Assembly: GCA_002269645.1 (NCBI GenBank)
Contig: NIVC01000096.1
Span: 248,001-312,000, forward strand
Direction of reading: 5' to 3'
Source: Macrostomum lignano
Taxonomy: Eukaryota
Length of the DNA: 64,000 nt
Shown here: positions 38,701-51,310 of the stretch, piece by piece
Layout of the letters: each line of letters starts with the position of its first letter
Position numbering within the stretch: position 1 is the stretch's first letter
Notes under the pieces: model-generated
Database searches by the model: none
What the model saw: only the letters and a program-made list of their open reading frames with translations
What the model was told of the DNA's origin: nothing
Made by a program: the position numbers and the translations under genes

Positions 38701-41700
38701 TTATTGACATGGTGCAAGTCATTTAGATTTAGGTAAGGTGCAGCCCATTTCAATGAAGGAATTTATGGCAAAAGATGTTTTGGTAAAATTAAATTTTTTG
38801 TTTCCATAGATATATACTTTTGAAATGCTTATCCCCATGGTCCCTTGCCAATAATTCCAATTTTATCCACATAGATCCGTGTCAATAATTTTTAGCTTAT
38901 CCCCATAGCTTAGATTGTGCAGTTGTGTCTCTATTTCCAAACTTACATTTCTCTACATTTCTCTATGTGCAACTTAGTTTTAACAAAAATGTGATGTAGT
39001 TTTTGGCCAAAAATGCGACTTACATATAAAAAAACACAATTAACACAACTTTGGGTAAACAACAAGAGTAACTATAACTGTCTTATGAAGCCAAAATACC
39101 TTGTCAGCAACTTAGTACTACTACTTAATGTTTTTTGGGTAGGCATTTTTGCAACTTCCTTGGTTGGCCACCAAATCAGTTGGCTGGATCGGCCGACTAT
39201 TGCGCATGTATGAATACACAGGGCCAATAATAAAACCAATTCAATCTTGACACTATCCTATCTATCTGTTTACACTGTACATTGCTATGTACACTCAGCC
39301 TAAGCCTAACCCCCATTCTGGGGGAATCATTAAATAGACTGCACCCCTAACATGTGGGGGTTTTATTTCCATTGAATGCAGAACACACGTACCCCTCCCA
39401 ATACACAGGACCTGCGAGCAATGGTTGGGGTGGTTTTTTTTACAAATTGGCTACAGCCCCAGGCAGTGTGGCCAAAGAAGGTTATTAAGGGTTAAAAAAG
39501 CAGTTTTCTACTTTTTTAGGGATGTTAAAATGTGAAAATTGAAAATTAAAATAGCCTTAAACCTAATCCAGAAAATTTGACATTTTCCCATATAAGTTTC
39601 AATGCTGACTTGCAATTAGTCTAATAGAAAAATTGCAACATATATACAGACAAACATCGCGTCAGTTTTAGTATAAGTATAGATAGATAGATAGATATTA
39701 TCATTATCATTATATATTGAAAGTTGAATTTTGCAAGTCTCATTTGCCTCGATCTTTGGGTCATTTGGTCATTCTAAATATAAGGTCATAAATATTTAAA
39801 ATTAACCCTTTTAAAGACAAAAAGTTTTAACTATTTAGTACTATTTAGTATTCAATACATGTAGTTAATTTTGAAGATTTGTAAAACAGTGAAAACAAAA
39901 AGACTTATAAAGTTGAAATCTGGGAGGGCAGACATCCACAAGATTGCTAGGTTACACAACTTAAAAGCACTTTAGAGTTTTTCATTGTATATTTCTATAA
40001 CTAGTGTGGTGTTACTTTTATTGTGTAAAAACCTCAATGGTTTCATCTATAAGCATGATTTTAGTACTTAATTTTGCATCTTTTGGCAAAAACGCAATCA
40101 AAATTGGTCAAGAATTGCAATCTCTAGAGCATTATGGACATACAAACCTTAGAGATTTAGTAAAATGTGTTAAGCTAAATTTTTCTATTGTCCCATTTTT
40201 GTAGAAAATTAGAAATACCCATATACTTTACAAAAATTCTATCAAAACTTGACAAAATATCATTTTTTTAATTGGTCTTTTATTGAAACTAAAGGGTGTA
40301 TTAAAAAATTATTTGACAATTGATATTAAAAAAATTGTTATTTAACAAATAAATAAACTGACATGCTTGTTCATTTTATGCAGACTAGGCCTATAATTAG
40401 AGGGTTCTAATCATGAAATGAATATTAAAAAAGCCTCACAAAAATTCATTGAAGATACAAATTGTAATAGCCATCATTATATAACTATCTAGTTTCCTAG
40501 AAATTAGTTTTGAAAATCTTCCATTTTGTTATGCTATATTATATGAATAATAAAAATATTTTTATAGATGCTTTATATTTTGTATACTCTGTTTTGTTGG
40601 ATATATAAAGCTTCAATCATATCGGTATATTAGAATGCACAAACCCAACTTGAATATGTAGCTAGCTGGCAATGGGGTGGAGCATGAGCTCATAGTACTG
40701 TAAGTAGTGCCATGTCTATTTTTTCTCTCCCTTTGTTCTATACTTAGGCTCTTTTAAAATTCTTCAAGACTGTTTTGACTTGCCTTTGTACATACAGTTT
40801 TTTCATTTATAATGGTGTATCAAATTAAGGTGAATTGAATTGGCCCTGACAAGATCTTATGATTGAGAAAATGCATTGGTTAAAAAAAATTGTATTATAT
40901 GTTTTTGTTAGCATTTATTTTCTTACTTTTTGTTAAAAGAGGTACATTTTTACATAAAATATGAGGAACACAAAGACACTCAATTGAGATTTAAGGCTAG
41001 AAAATATATTTACAAATACAATTCTAAAAGACAGAGTTAAAATATAAGACGTATATATAAATTATATATATATCATATATATAATGAGACATCATATATA
41101 TAATAAGACATATGTAAGACAAGAAAATAAGAATTTATACTTGGTTTGGAATTCTGTAACAAATATAATCTATCAAAGTACTATTGTATCATATCATAGG
41201 ACATTTAGACCTTGTCATATAATATATATTAGTCTTTATAAATTTGAACTTGCCTATCTATTTTTCATGGATATGTAACACTTACCAACCTTGCTAATCT
41301 AGCTAGCTAATAGGATAGCCAATACAATATTTTGCAAAACCAATAATCAACCAAGCATAAACAAATTGTAAGGAAAATAGACTTAACAATAATTATTTTT
41401 ATGTTTGTACTATAACCATTGGTCTTTGGCACTTAAAAACAAAATGGCTTATAGTTTTGCTATATAATTTAAAATATTATGACCAAACCCTAAAGAAATA
41501 CTAAATGTATATGCAAGTCTATATATAAGCAATACCTAGCTAATCTGCCCAAGCAACAAGATAGCCAAAGCAGATATGTTGCAAACCAAATTAACAGAGT
41601 AGTAAAAAATTTAAGGAAGTACATAGGATAGATAGAAACATAAAACTTTCAATTAAATAAAATGAAAAAAATAGAAAAATAGAAAGAAAGAAAAGATTTA

Positions 41701-44700
41701 AATAGCATGCAGAGTAGATCTATGTTGCTAAATGCTCTCTAAATATAGTTTTGTCAATTTTTGTAGAAAACTATGTTTTTTAACTAGGTAAAATTCATAA
41801 GGTTGTGTATAGATATTTGAGTACATGCCTACATAATTAGCAGAGTAGGCAGCATCACTTTTGTGTTAGTTGCTAGACAATAATAAAATATAGCTTGGGT
41901 AGGGACCTAAAATTATTACTTACTTTTTGTTTACTTTCATATATGCTTTATGCATGGTATGAAGAATAAAAACCATTTAATGTTGGTGTTTTCATATTTT
42001 GTTTATTTTAGCTAATAATTCCTTTTTATATTATTATTGGAAGAAATATTTTGCTAATTAGCAAAATTACACATTTAAAATTAGTGTAATATGGTTAATC
42101 TTGCATAATTACTAATCAAAAGTCTGCTTTAAGTTGCGTGGCATTGTTTGAAAAAAAATGCACATCTTTCTCTATTGGAAAAATAAAATTATTGACTGTT
42201 TAGTTTCCATCCTTTCTTCGCATTATGCAGTTCATAAAAAATCGATCAGACAGTATTGCTGGCTATTGCTGGCATATTAGCAACCATTGGCGCCATTTCC
42301 TGTAGATTAAGCTGCTCCACTTGCTGCTGTTGCTGTTGATGCGGCTGTATCCATGGCAACAGCATCTGCATCCATGCCAGAGCTGCCTGTCTGACACCAG
42401 CCAGTAGCAAAACAGTCACTAGGCAGGCATTGAACGCAATCACATTTAGTTGTAGGCGCATGAATGCGGCAGACTCGCCCGGGCAAGCGTCCTTTGTTTT
42501 CTCAAATAGTGCAACATCGAACCCAGAGAATAGGATACTACTAGCAGTAGAAGCTTTCTTGGCTAGGCTCAGCGGATCCAGACAGTTGTGCTGTCGAACT
42601 ATGAGTGCGTCACCAGCTAGCAGAGGCACTCGAGTGACGTTATTATCTAATAGAAGCTGATGAATTTGCATACTGGTGTAGTCCAGCCCTAGCAGCAGCG
42701 TTGTAACCAGCGACGTGATAGCTAGAGCAATAGTCGAGATGGACAGACAGATAGCGCCAATATACCAACGAATTGAGGCACTGTTGACTTGATTTAGGCT
42801 ATTTCTTCTACGAATACTACTAGCTGTGACTACCTGCAGTGCAACTCCGGCCACTGTTGCCACAGCCGTGCAGAATGACGTCACTAGGACGCTTTGGCAT
42901 AGTTGTTCTTCACTAAGCTGCGTGTTCAATTGGCATATCAGAGCCGATGCGACAGACTGGGACAAACTGAGAGATGCAACTAGGCAAACTAGCAGAAGCG
43001 CATATAGAATGTGCTTGTCACCTCGATTGTTCATTGATGGCCGCGTTATCTGCCGAACTTTAATAGATGTTTTCGCTTCAGTCATTAATATAGCGTTTTG
43101 ATTTTGAGACACCGTTTATTGATTACCAATTCAAGCTGTTGGTGTCGGTCTATGGGCGAAAGCACCGCAAATCGAATCGAAATAGCTTCGATTTCCTCGT
43201 ATTCCACACCATTCATAGCACACAGGTGTCTTCAGCTGATTCACCCTTAGTCCATCAATCAGTGACCTCAGTTGAACCCTCCTAGTCCATCAGTCAGTAA
43301 CCTCAGTTGAACCTTCCTTAATCCATCAGTCAGTGACTTCAGTTGAACTCTTCTTAGTCCATCTGTCAGTGACCTCAGTTAAACCTTCCTTAATCCATCA
43401 GTCAGTGACCTCAGTTGAACTCTTCTTAGTCCATCTGTCAGTGACCCCAGTTGAACCCTCCTTAATCCATTAGTCAGTGACCTCAGTTGAACCTTCCTTA
43501 ATCCATCAGTCAGTGACCTCAGTTGAACTCTTCTTAGTCCATCTGTCAGTGACCTCAGTTGAACCCTCCTTAGTCCATCAGTCAGTGACCTCAGTTGAAC
43601 CCTCAGTACATCAGTCAGTGACCTCAGTTAAACCTTCCTTAATCCATCAGTCAGTGACCTCAGTTGAACTCTTCTTAGTCCATCTGTCAGTGACCCCAGT
43701 TGAACCCTACCTTAATCCATCAGTCAGTGACCTCAGTTGAACTCTTCTTAGTCCATCTCTCAGTGACCTCAGTTGAACCCTTCTTACTCCATCAGTCATT
43801 GACCTCAGCCGAACCCTCCTCGATCCATTAGTGACTTTAGACAACTCCCACTATTAAACTTGAACATATTCACAGTTAAAAGTTTGTTAAATTCAATCAA
43901 AATATATTTCTAGACGCAGAGCATAAGTAAAATCCGAAAACTTGAATCAGGCTATTATCTAGTTAACAGCTTTAAGTGGGCAATGTTTTATGGCCTGGGT
44001 TCTATTTAATTTCCTGTCATAAATGAAACTCGCAATGCCCCAGGCTAATTTCTGTAGCTTTAACAGAAACAGAACTTTTAAGCTCACTATCCTAATTAAT
44101 TGCTGCCTCTGACACTTCATATCGAAATCTACCGATACTACTGATACCACTGATCCTTATACAGTCAACTTTTTAATAAAACAAAAGATGACATTTTGTC
44201 TATACTAATAAAATTCCCAAGTTGCTGGGACACGGCCACTTTTCCAGAACCTCAGTTTTTTGGGCCAGCCTCCCAGATCCTCTGTTGCTGGGCCAGCCTC
44301 CCAAATCCTCAGTTGCTGGGCCATCCTCCCAGATCCTCAGATGCTGGGCCAGCCCCCCAGATCCTCAGTTGCTGGGCCAGCCTCCCAGATCCTCAGTAGC
44401 TGGGCCAGCCTCCCAGATCCTCAGTTTCTGGGCCAGCCTCCCTAATCCCCAGTTGGCAGGCCACCGCCGCTTCCCTTCCAGTTGCCCCTTACCTTGCCAC
44501 TCCATCTGTTTCTGTCAAAGCATAAAAGCCAAATCGGTTTACATCCTGTATACTAAAAATTCCATCTAATTCACCTGCAGGCAACCAGCAGCCTGGCCAG
44601 CAGCATCAGTCCTCGCACCACCGCGGCCGCCATCATCGTCATGACAACCAGCAGCAACAGCAGCAGCCGTGCCCGCATCCTCAAGGCAATCCTGGCTCAA

Positions 44701-45954
44701 CAACTACAGGCGCAGTCTCCGCTGTAGCCTCATCAACAGTGCCGGCAACTGCGGGCAAAAATCAGCCACTCCGTCGCGAACGAATCCGATGGACTTCAGA
44801 CCAGCCGCTGACGCCCAGCCAGTTGCGCAGCAAGCGGGAGGAGTTCTGGGACACCGCGCCCGCTTTTGATGGCAGGCGCGAAATTTGGGACGCCCTGCGA
44901 GCGGCCGCCTGCGCTATGGAGGCTAGCGATCACGAGCTGGCTCAGGTGATGTGCTCTGACAGTCGGTTGTCTCTGGCTTGCTGATTGGGATTGGATTGTT
45001 CTGTTGTTGGCTACTTTAGTGAAAGGAGGTAAAGTTAAATAGACAGACAGGCAGACAAGAAGACAGACAGACAGGCAGACAGACACTGAGACAGACAGAC
45101 AGACACTGGGACGGACGGACGGACAGACAAACAGACAGACACTGGGACGAACAGACAGACACTGGGACGGACAGACAGACAGACAGTCTTTAAATCCACC
45201 TTTTGTCATTGTTCCTATTGAAGGCCACTCTCAGTGCTATTGCGGTGTGTTTGTCAAACCATTGCGTTAATGAATAGTTTTTCTTAATAAAAACACCAGG
45301 AAAATAATTTAAATGCCTGCTGTCTACTGTGGAAAAACTATGTATGTTCTTTTTGGCGTACTGTAAGTAGTAACACGCAGACATGCTCGTTAATTTTATT
45401 GAAAACTACTACAGGCTATAATAAGCGGCGCGGGCATTATGCTGCCCAGAGGCCTTTTAACGGACAGCTACGACGAGCTCGGGACCCGATACCAGCTGCC
45501 GTTGTACGTGCTCTCGGCGCCGTCAAATCTAGCGGATTCTCCGCCGCCAACTCTCGATAACTCCGGCGGCAACGGCGGCGGCGGCGATGACGCTGACGGT
45601 AGCTATAGCAACGGCGGCGGCAACGACGCCGCTCGCAACGATCTCGACGATTCAACCGCCGAGCAGCCGCCAGTAGCGCCGGTGAATCTGAAGCTGAGAC
45701 TATCCAATAACGGCCGGGACATCCGGCTGCAGGTGTCATCTGAGGACACGGTTGCTAAGGCTAAGCGAAGATTGGAGCGTCACGTGACGTCTGGCGGCGG
45801 CGCGAGTCTCGGCAGCCAGCGGTGGTACTGCTACGGCAGGCAGCTGACTGACCGGATGAGGATCAAAGAATGCCCGATTCCCAGGGGCTTCGTCATCCAG
45901 GTAGTGCAGCAGCAGCAGGCGGCTCCAACCGGTGATGAAGTTGGCGCAAATTAG
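35762..45954 (+). CDS. UBTD: Ubiquitin domain-containing protein (UBTD1/2 / DC-UbP); exons 35762-35840, 44581-44945, 45415-45954
   Basis: Exon 1 MGNCLRG... (family MGxC lipidation motif) AGA G|gtaaga phase 1; exon 2 [29 protein letters not shown]; exon 3 [13 protein letters not shown]...LKLRLS...[13 protein letters not shown]...FVIQV; phases compatible. Confidence 0.93.
36130..38612. mobile_element. ~2.5-kb non-autonomous TIR element (MULE-like, tentative) in UBTD intron 1
   Basis: Degenerate ~110-bp TIRs built of ~15-bp CATTTCGCCC-type repeats (36135-36245 / 38510-38610); GGCCTAAG duplicated on both flanks. Confidence 0.6.
38965..39212. mobile_element. 5'-truncated, decayed second copy of the 32799-33096 MITE
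   Basis: Colinear alignment ending in TTGCGCATGTATG. Confidence 0.85.
42246..43085 (-). CDS. Intronless orphan four-TM (tetraspan-topology) protein, 279 aa from first ATG, nested antisense in UBTD intron 1
   Basis: 840-bp open frame in a GC-rich island; four hydrophobic segments, long Cys-containing loop between TM3 and TM4; poly-Q near the C-terminus as in neighbouring genes. Confidence 0.72.
   Translation of the reverse strand: MTEAKTSIKVRQITRPSMNNRGDKHILYALLLVCLVASLSLSQSVASALICQLNTQLSEEQLCQSVLVTSFCTAVATVAGVALQVVTASSIRRRNSLNQVNSASIRWYIGAICLSISTIALAITSLVTTLLLGLDYTSMQIHQLLLDNNVTRVPLLAGDALIVRQHNCLDPLSLAKKASTASSILFSGFDVALFEKTKDACPGESAAFMRLQLNVIAFNACLVTVLLLAGVRQAALAWMQMLLPWIQPHQQQQQQVEQLNLQEMAPMVANMPAIASNTV
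43250..43830. repeat. 36-bp minisatellite (CAGTGACCTCAGTTGAACCTTCCTTAATCCATCAGT), just upstream of the four-TM gene
   Basis: Direct reading. Confidence 0.93.
44230..44450. repeat. 28-bp minisatellite (CCTCAGTTGCTGGGCCAGCCTCCCAGAT), ~7-8 copies
   Basis: Same unit as 55470-57000. Confidence 0.92.
45040..45185. repeat. (GACA)n microsatellite in UBTD intron 2
   Basis: Direct reading. Confidence 0.9.
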
Positions 45955-46044
45955 ATTTTCTGGTAGATTATTCACATAGGTAAGAAATATATACTACTTA
46001 CTAATAAGCTTGTAGCAGTACTATCTGTCTGGTAGCTTCATAAT

Positions 46045-46298
46045 CATAGTAGTAGTAATAAAAACTGATTACAACTGCCCTAATGGGTACAGATGTGCAA
46101 CCGACAGCTCAGCCGCAGCTATTGCGCGGCGCATCTGAAGGCTGCGTACGGCTGTCCAGGCCACACACCCTCAATTACCCCAGCTAATGCAGAGTTAAGT
46201 GTCTTGCTCAAAGACACGAAATTGTTCCTATAGTGGGTCGAGAATCGAAACCCCGACCTTTCAGTCGTGAGGTGGACGCTCTGACTACTAGGTACAAC
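46045..46298 (-). mobile_element. tRNA-derived CORE-type SINE, internally shortened copy
   Basis: Reverse complement aligns with 50188-50494. Confidence 0.8.
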
Positions 46299-47944
46299 TC
46301 CTAAGTTTATTGAAGAATGGTGGTTTGGATAGCCCAGCGGTTATTGCTGCCGACTTGCCCCGTTGAAAACGTTACCGTGACAGGAGTCGCAGGCAAATGT
46401 CGCAGACAATAAAACACACCAAATTGACTTTTAGGCGACTTTGACGACTTTTTGGTGGCTTTTATCGTCACATCTCATCGTTTTAGAGTCGTTTAGGGTC
46501 ACCTAAAACACAGAGTGTACATGTCTGTAGATGCGAAAGTCAGTGCCGAACTTGTACACCCTGTGTGAGCGTGTTTGATGCTCCCTTAAAGTGAACTAAC
46601 TAGCTAACAGCGGAATGCGCCGATATGTTGTGTAATAAATAAAAATTACACAAATGCTTTTCATTTCAGCCAAGCCAAGCAACTTCAGCAGGCAAAAGAA
46701 AAGAATCGCCAAAATTGTTATTATTCTAATTTTTATTTGTACACCAATACGGAGCGTGGCTTTTCAACCAGGAATTGAATTATCACTTAGTACTCTGTCT
46801 TTGTGTCCGCTAATTCCAATCAGCTTTCCTTGTATCTGTTGTAATATCATATTAATAATAATACATGTCAAAATTTGGATTTTAAGTTTTGATTATAAAC
46901 TTTTTAAAAAAGATTTTTTTAATTTCGTATTATTATGTCTGTTGGCCTGCGTTGCAAGTACGTCTTGTACTTTTAAAAAAACTTGCTTAAGCCCTATTGT
47001 GGAATTGTACGATTTCTGTATTTGATTAGAGAACAGGCAATCGTTAAGAGCTTTTTATTATTTTCTATTCATTATAAATATTAGCTGAATTTGTGACCTG
47101 GGCTTGAGCCTTTGACAACTGTCACCTCTCTCTCTCATATATATTGGTGATTTATTCGCTTGGCTAGTCATTCGCAATGCTGCCTCCTGTTTCTCACACT
47201 CCTGACCTCTCAGACTCATTGTTTCCAATCTCAGTCCCCAGTCCTGTCTGTTTCGATATCCATGGCTTTAAATATATTTTTCTTGGCTAAATAGTGTCTT
47301 TCCCCAATTTTGAGCAGGCTATCGAATTGTTGATTCATCATTTCACAGCTAGCACCGCATTCGCTATTTAATAGTCACGTATTGACCGAAATCTTCTGTA
47401 AATCTGGCAGTCAAATGTATCCTTAATAAAATTAAATTCGTTTAGGAATTAATATTTTTGGGCGAGTATTTGTTCACTGTTTTTAGCAATCTCCGTTTAG
47501 CTTTCAATAGCATTCAACTGTGTGTAATTATATATGTATATTAACATTTTATTTAATTCTGTTAATTGTATTATTCGCTTTAATTATTGAATAATTATAT
47601 ATGTTTAGCAATCTTCCATTGCAGCCAATAACCGCTATTGTAATAATAAATTAATAACAATAGAATATGTACTACTGTAGTAAGTAGAGTAGAGCTTTCA
47701 AGTTGGCTAATTCCATCACGCAACCCCGCTTGACGACTTATGCATCGCACCTGCATTTCTACCTTCTGTTGTTGCTTTAATAATACAAAAAACTATTAGT
47801 TTGTTGATTTTTGTAGCTGCATTAAAAACAGCTTAATTTGTTTTCATTTTGGTCTTCACGCGCATTAACAATAAAATGGCGCAATCTGTTTTACTAACAG
47901 TAGGCAAATGCAGACGTTTCTGAATTTCATAAATACTTCGCAGT

Positions 47945-48340
47945 TTGGCCTACTGACAGTAGCAAAATTCAGACTTTTGTGAATTTCTTACAAAACTACG
48001 CAATTTAGCCTACTGACAGTAGCGAAATTCAGACTTTTGTGAATTTCTTACAAAACTACGCAATTTAGCCTACTGACAATCAGTAGCAAAATTCAGAGTT
48101 TTGTGAATTTCTTACAAAACTACGCAATTTAGCCTACTGACAGTAGCAAAATTCAGACTTTTGTGAATTTCTTACAAAACTACGCAATTTAGCCTACTGA
48201 CAGTAGCAAAATTCAGACTTTTGTGAATTTCTTACAAAACTATGCAATTTAGCCTACTGACAGTAGCAAAATTCAGACTTTTGTGAATTTCCTAAAAAAC
48301 TACGCAATTTAGCCTACTGACAGTAGCAAAATTCAGATTA
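47945..48340. repeat. 60-bp minisatellite (GCAATTTAGCCTACTGACAGTAGCAAAATTCAGACTTTTGTGAATTTCTTACAAAACTAC), ~6-7 copies
   Basis: Period 60 (48001, 48061), one copy with a 4-bp insertion. Confidence 0.93.
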
Positions 48341-49374
48341 TCGTGGCTGTTATTTTTCATTCAATTCAATAATTATAAGTCAAAGCGTTTATTGCTATCC
48401 CGTTGAAAAAAAATTCGATGTATGATATGATTACTTGATAATATCTGCTTTCGAATGTGATTTGTTCCTATTAATATCATGTGTAAATCGATATTCAAGA
48501 AATGAACAAAGTGGAAGTTTGAATTTTGTACTTTATTTCCTCGATTGGATCAACCATGAGTTAAAACTATCTTAATTACAGCTTTATATGTTTCACTATT
48601 TGTTATAATGCAGAGTTTTTATTACTGACAAAAATTGCAAAAAATATAATCAAAACACTTTCTTAAGTGTTCAATTTTAATATATATGGCGTCTAGCATT
48701 GTGTTTTTATGCTGTGTTGCTTATGCACTATATTCAATTTCATTGAAGTCTTTAATAGTTCTTTATATCTAAAAGTTCTTTAATAGTTCTTTATTTAAGT
48801 CTTTAATAGTTAGTTATGAACTTATGACCCATTCAAAGTGCGGGCTATGACGTATTTTTAGACTCGGGCTATGACCCATTTACAGAAGCGGGTATGACAC
48901 ATTCACGAAAAACTAGCTATGACCCATTCACAGAGGCGGGCTATGACCAAGCTCAGTGGATTTGCTGATTACGATTACAGTTTTGTTTGCTGATTAACGA
49001 GCTATTATATTGTAATATCCAGGATCTGGTTAGGCTATGGCTCTTCCAAGTGAGTTTATGACTCATTCTAATTCTCAGAATGAATGAGGCTTCAGCGTTT
49101 TCATTAAAAAGATATTCGGCTACGCACTGTCAATAGAAATCGTGCTTGCCCCAATTAGTGGCTGGCGGCCTCGATCTGATTAGTTTTGCGCACATCATTC
49201 TACTATCTCTACTGCCAATAGTGCAAGCCGCGCATCGCTAACGGAGTTGATCCGTCGTAGATGGCTGGCCGAAAGAAATCCCAATCTACGAGTAGATACA
49301 TGACAGGGGGCCACCACCCCAGCGAAAACCAGTGACCGCTGGACAAAGAAGCTGGGCAAGCAGACAGAAGTCAG

Positions 49375-49448
49375 TTAATTAGCTATTTAACTGGTTGGTT
49401 TGTTAGTTAATTAATTAGTTAATTCGTTAGTTAGTTAGCTAGTCAGTC

Positions 49449-49479
<31 letters not shown>

Positions 49480-49752
49480 CAGTTAGTTTGTTAGTTAGTT
49501 AATTAGTCATTTAGTTAGTCAGTTAGTTTGTTAATTAGTTAATTAGTTAGTCATTTAGTTAGTTAGTCAGAGTTAGTCAGTTAGTTAATTAGTTAAACAT
49601 TTAGTTAGTTAGTCAGTTAGTTAGTTAATTAGTTAAACATTTAGTTAGTTAGTCAGTTAGTTAGTTAGTTAATTAGTTAAACATTTGGTTAGTTAGTCAG
49701 TTAGTAAGTTAGTAAGTTAGTTAATTAGTTAGTCAGTCAGTCAGTCAGTCAG
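49375..49752. repeat. (TAGT)n degenerate microsatellite
   Basis: Direct reading; reverse complement of the (AACT)n type. Confidence 0.92.
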
Positions 49753-50187
49753 ACCAGTTTTATTTTTAGTCGCGAAAGTCGGACGCGTTGCCGCAAGATT
49801 TATGATTTATTACTTTTTCCTGCTCATTTGTTATGCTAGCGGAAAAGTTTTATTCATAAATCTGCTAAATAGTAAAAAGTTTTTTTTCACGATTACGAGT
49901 ACAATTACTTTTGGTTTATGAGCCCTCACAATAGAAAAAGGTGCGCAAGATGTTTGGTTTCTGGTTTGTTTTGACTTTTGACTTCGACTTTCTCTGTATA
50001 TATAAATCTTTAATGTAAACCCACCTTGTGCTTGTATTAACAATTAGGTTCTTGCGCAGGACACCTGGAGTTCTAGTATGGAGACATCTGGATTGGAAAC
50101 TGACAGTGGGGGGGTATTGTTTCAGATATGTTAGGATTAAATTTTCATTAGGATTAATAAAAAGCTCTGTGGCTTTTTTGGTTACTA

Positions 50188-50494
50188 GGTTGTAGCCTAG
50201 CATGATCAGAGCGTCGGACTCACGACTCGAAGGTCGGGGGTTCGATTCCCAATCTTACTGGAACAATTTGTGTCCTTGAGCAGGACACTTAACTCTGCAT
50301 TGCTTCAGTTCACCCAGCTGTAAAATGGGTGCCAGCATTAGCTGGGGTAATTGAGGGTGTGGCGACCCCCCAGTCCTTGGACTGAACAGCCGTACGCAGC
50401 CTTCAGATGCGGATCGCGCAATAGCTGCGGCTGAGCTGTCGGTCGCACATCTGGCCCAATGGAGGCATGTGTAATCAATTATTATTATTATTAT
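50188..50494 (+). mobile_element. tRNA-derived CORE-type SINE with (TTA)n tail
   Basis: B-box GGTTCGATTCC; CORE-like GTGTCCTTGAGCAGGACACTTAACTCT...CAGCTGTAAAATGGG; (ATT)n tail. Confidence 0.82.
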
Positions 50495-51310
50495 CAGTGG
50501 CTATATGCAATTTATTTGACAAGAAACTGTAAGAAGTTGAGAAATATTTTGCACGTTCTTGAAGTTCTTACTTACTAGACACTTCATCTAGAAATCCATG
50601 ACTAAGAGATGAAGGAGGGTGAGATGATGAGGGTCAGAGAGCATCTAGAGCCCGCAGCGTCTTGAGCTTTTGCCAGATCGCATCCTGGTTACCTGAACTC
50701 AATTTAGACTGCAGCATCCAGACCCAGTTGATGAGGCATTGTTGGGCAGCTCATTCTTCTCCTTCCTATTCTTTAGTGCAAGCGCTCCGTTGAGCATACT
50801 GGGTAGACTTTGCGATCGGTTGTGCACATTTCCACCGGCATATAAATATTGCTACGATACAGGATTCAATCCTGACATTTAATCAGCTGCTGGCACACTA
50901 ATAAACAGTTTTATTAGACTTTGGCAACTAATTCGGAAATTTCGGTAAGGAATCAATCAATGTTCTTGTCTAGGAAATGTCTCCCCAAGTGCATTTCGAA
51001 TCTTACCATGTAACTTTTAAACTTTCACGACATCGACTTAATATCAACGGACCTTAGAGGCCTACTTTCAACGATTTAAGCTACCAATCCAGGTTTGAGT
51101 CCTTGTTTATTTAGTTAGCTTCCAGTTCAGGCAGCTTTAAGAGTCCATCGTTAAGGCTTATATCTTTTTAGCTTTCCAATCCACGTAGTTTAAGAGTCCA
51201 TGGTTATAGCTGATCCGGATAGCTTTCCAGTCCACGTAGTTGAGTGATCCATGGTTACAGCTAATCAATACGCGGCGATAAAAAATTCCCAAATTAGACT
51301 TCGATTCGAC

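Noticed and set aside
39487-39810. piggyBac-like ends AAGGG-TTAA (39487-39495) and TTAA-CCCTT (39802-39810)
   Set aside because: They face outward, and I found no matching partner ends
50600-50900. Possible LINE ORF2 C-terminal remnant on the minus strand (...WVWMLQSKL...IWQKLKTLRALDAL)
   Set aside because: No diagnostic motif and interrupted by stops; needs a repeat-library search
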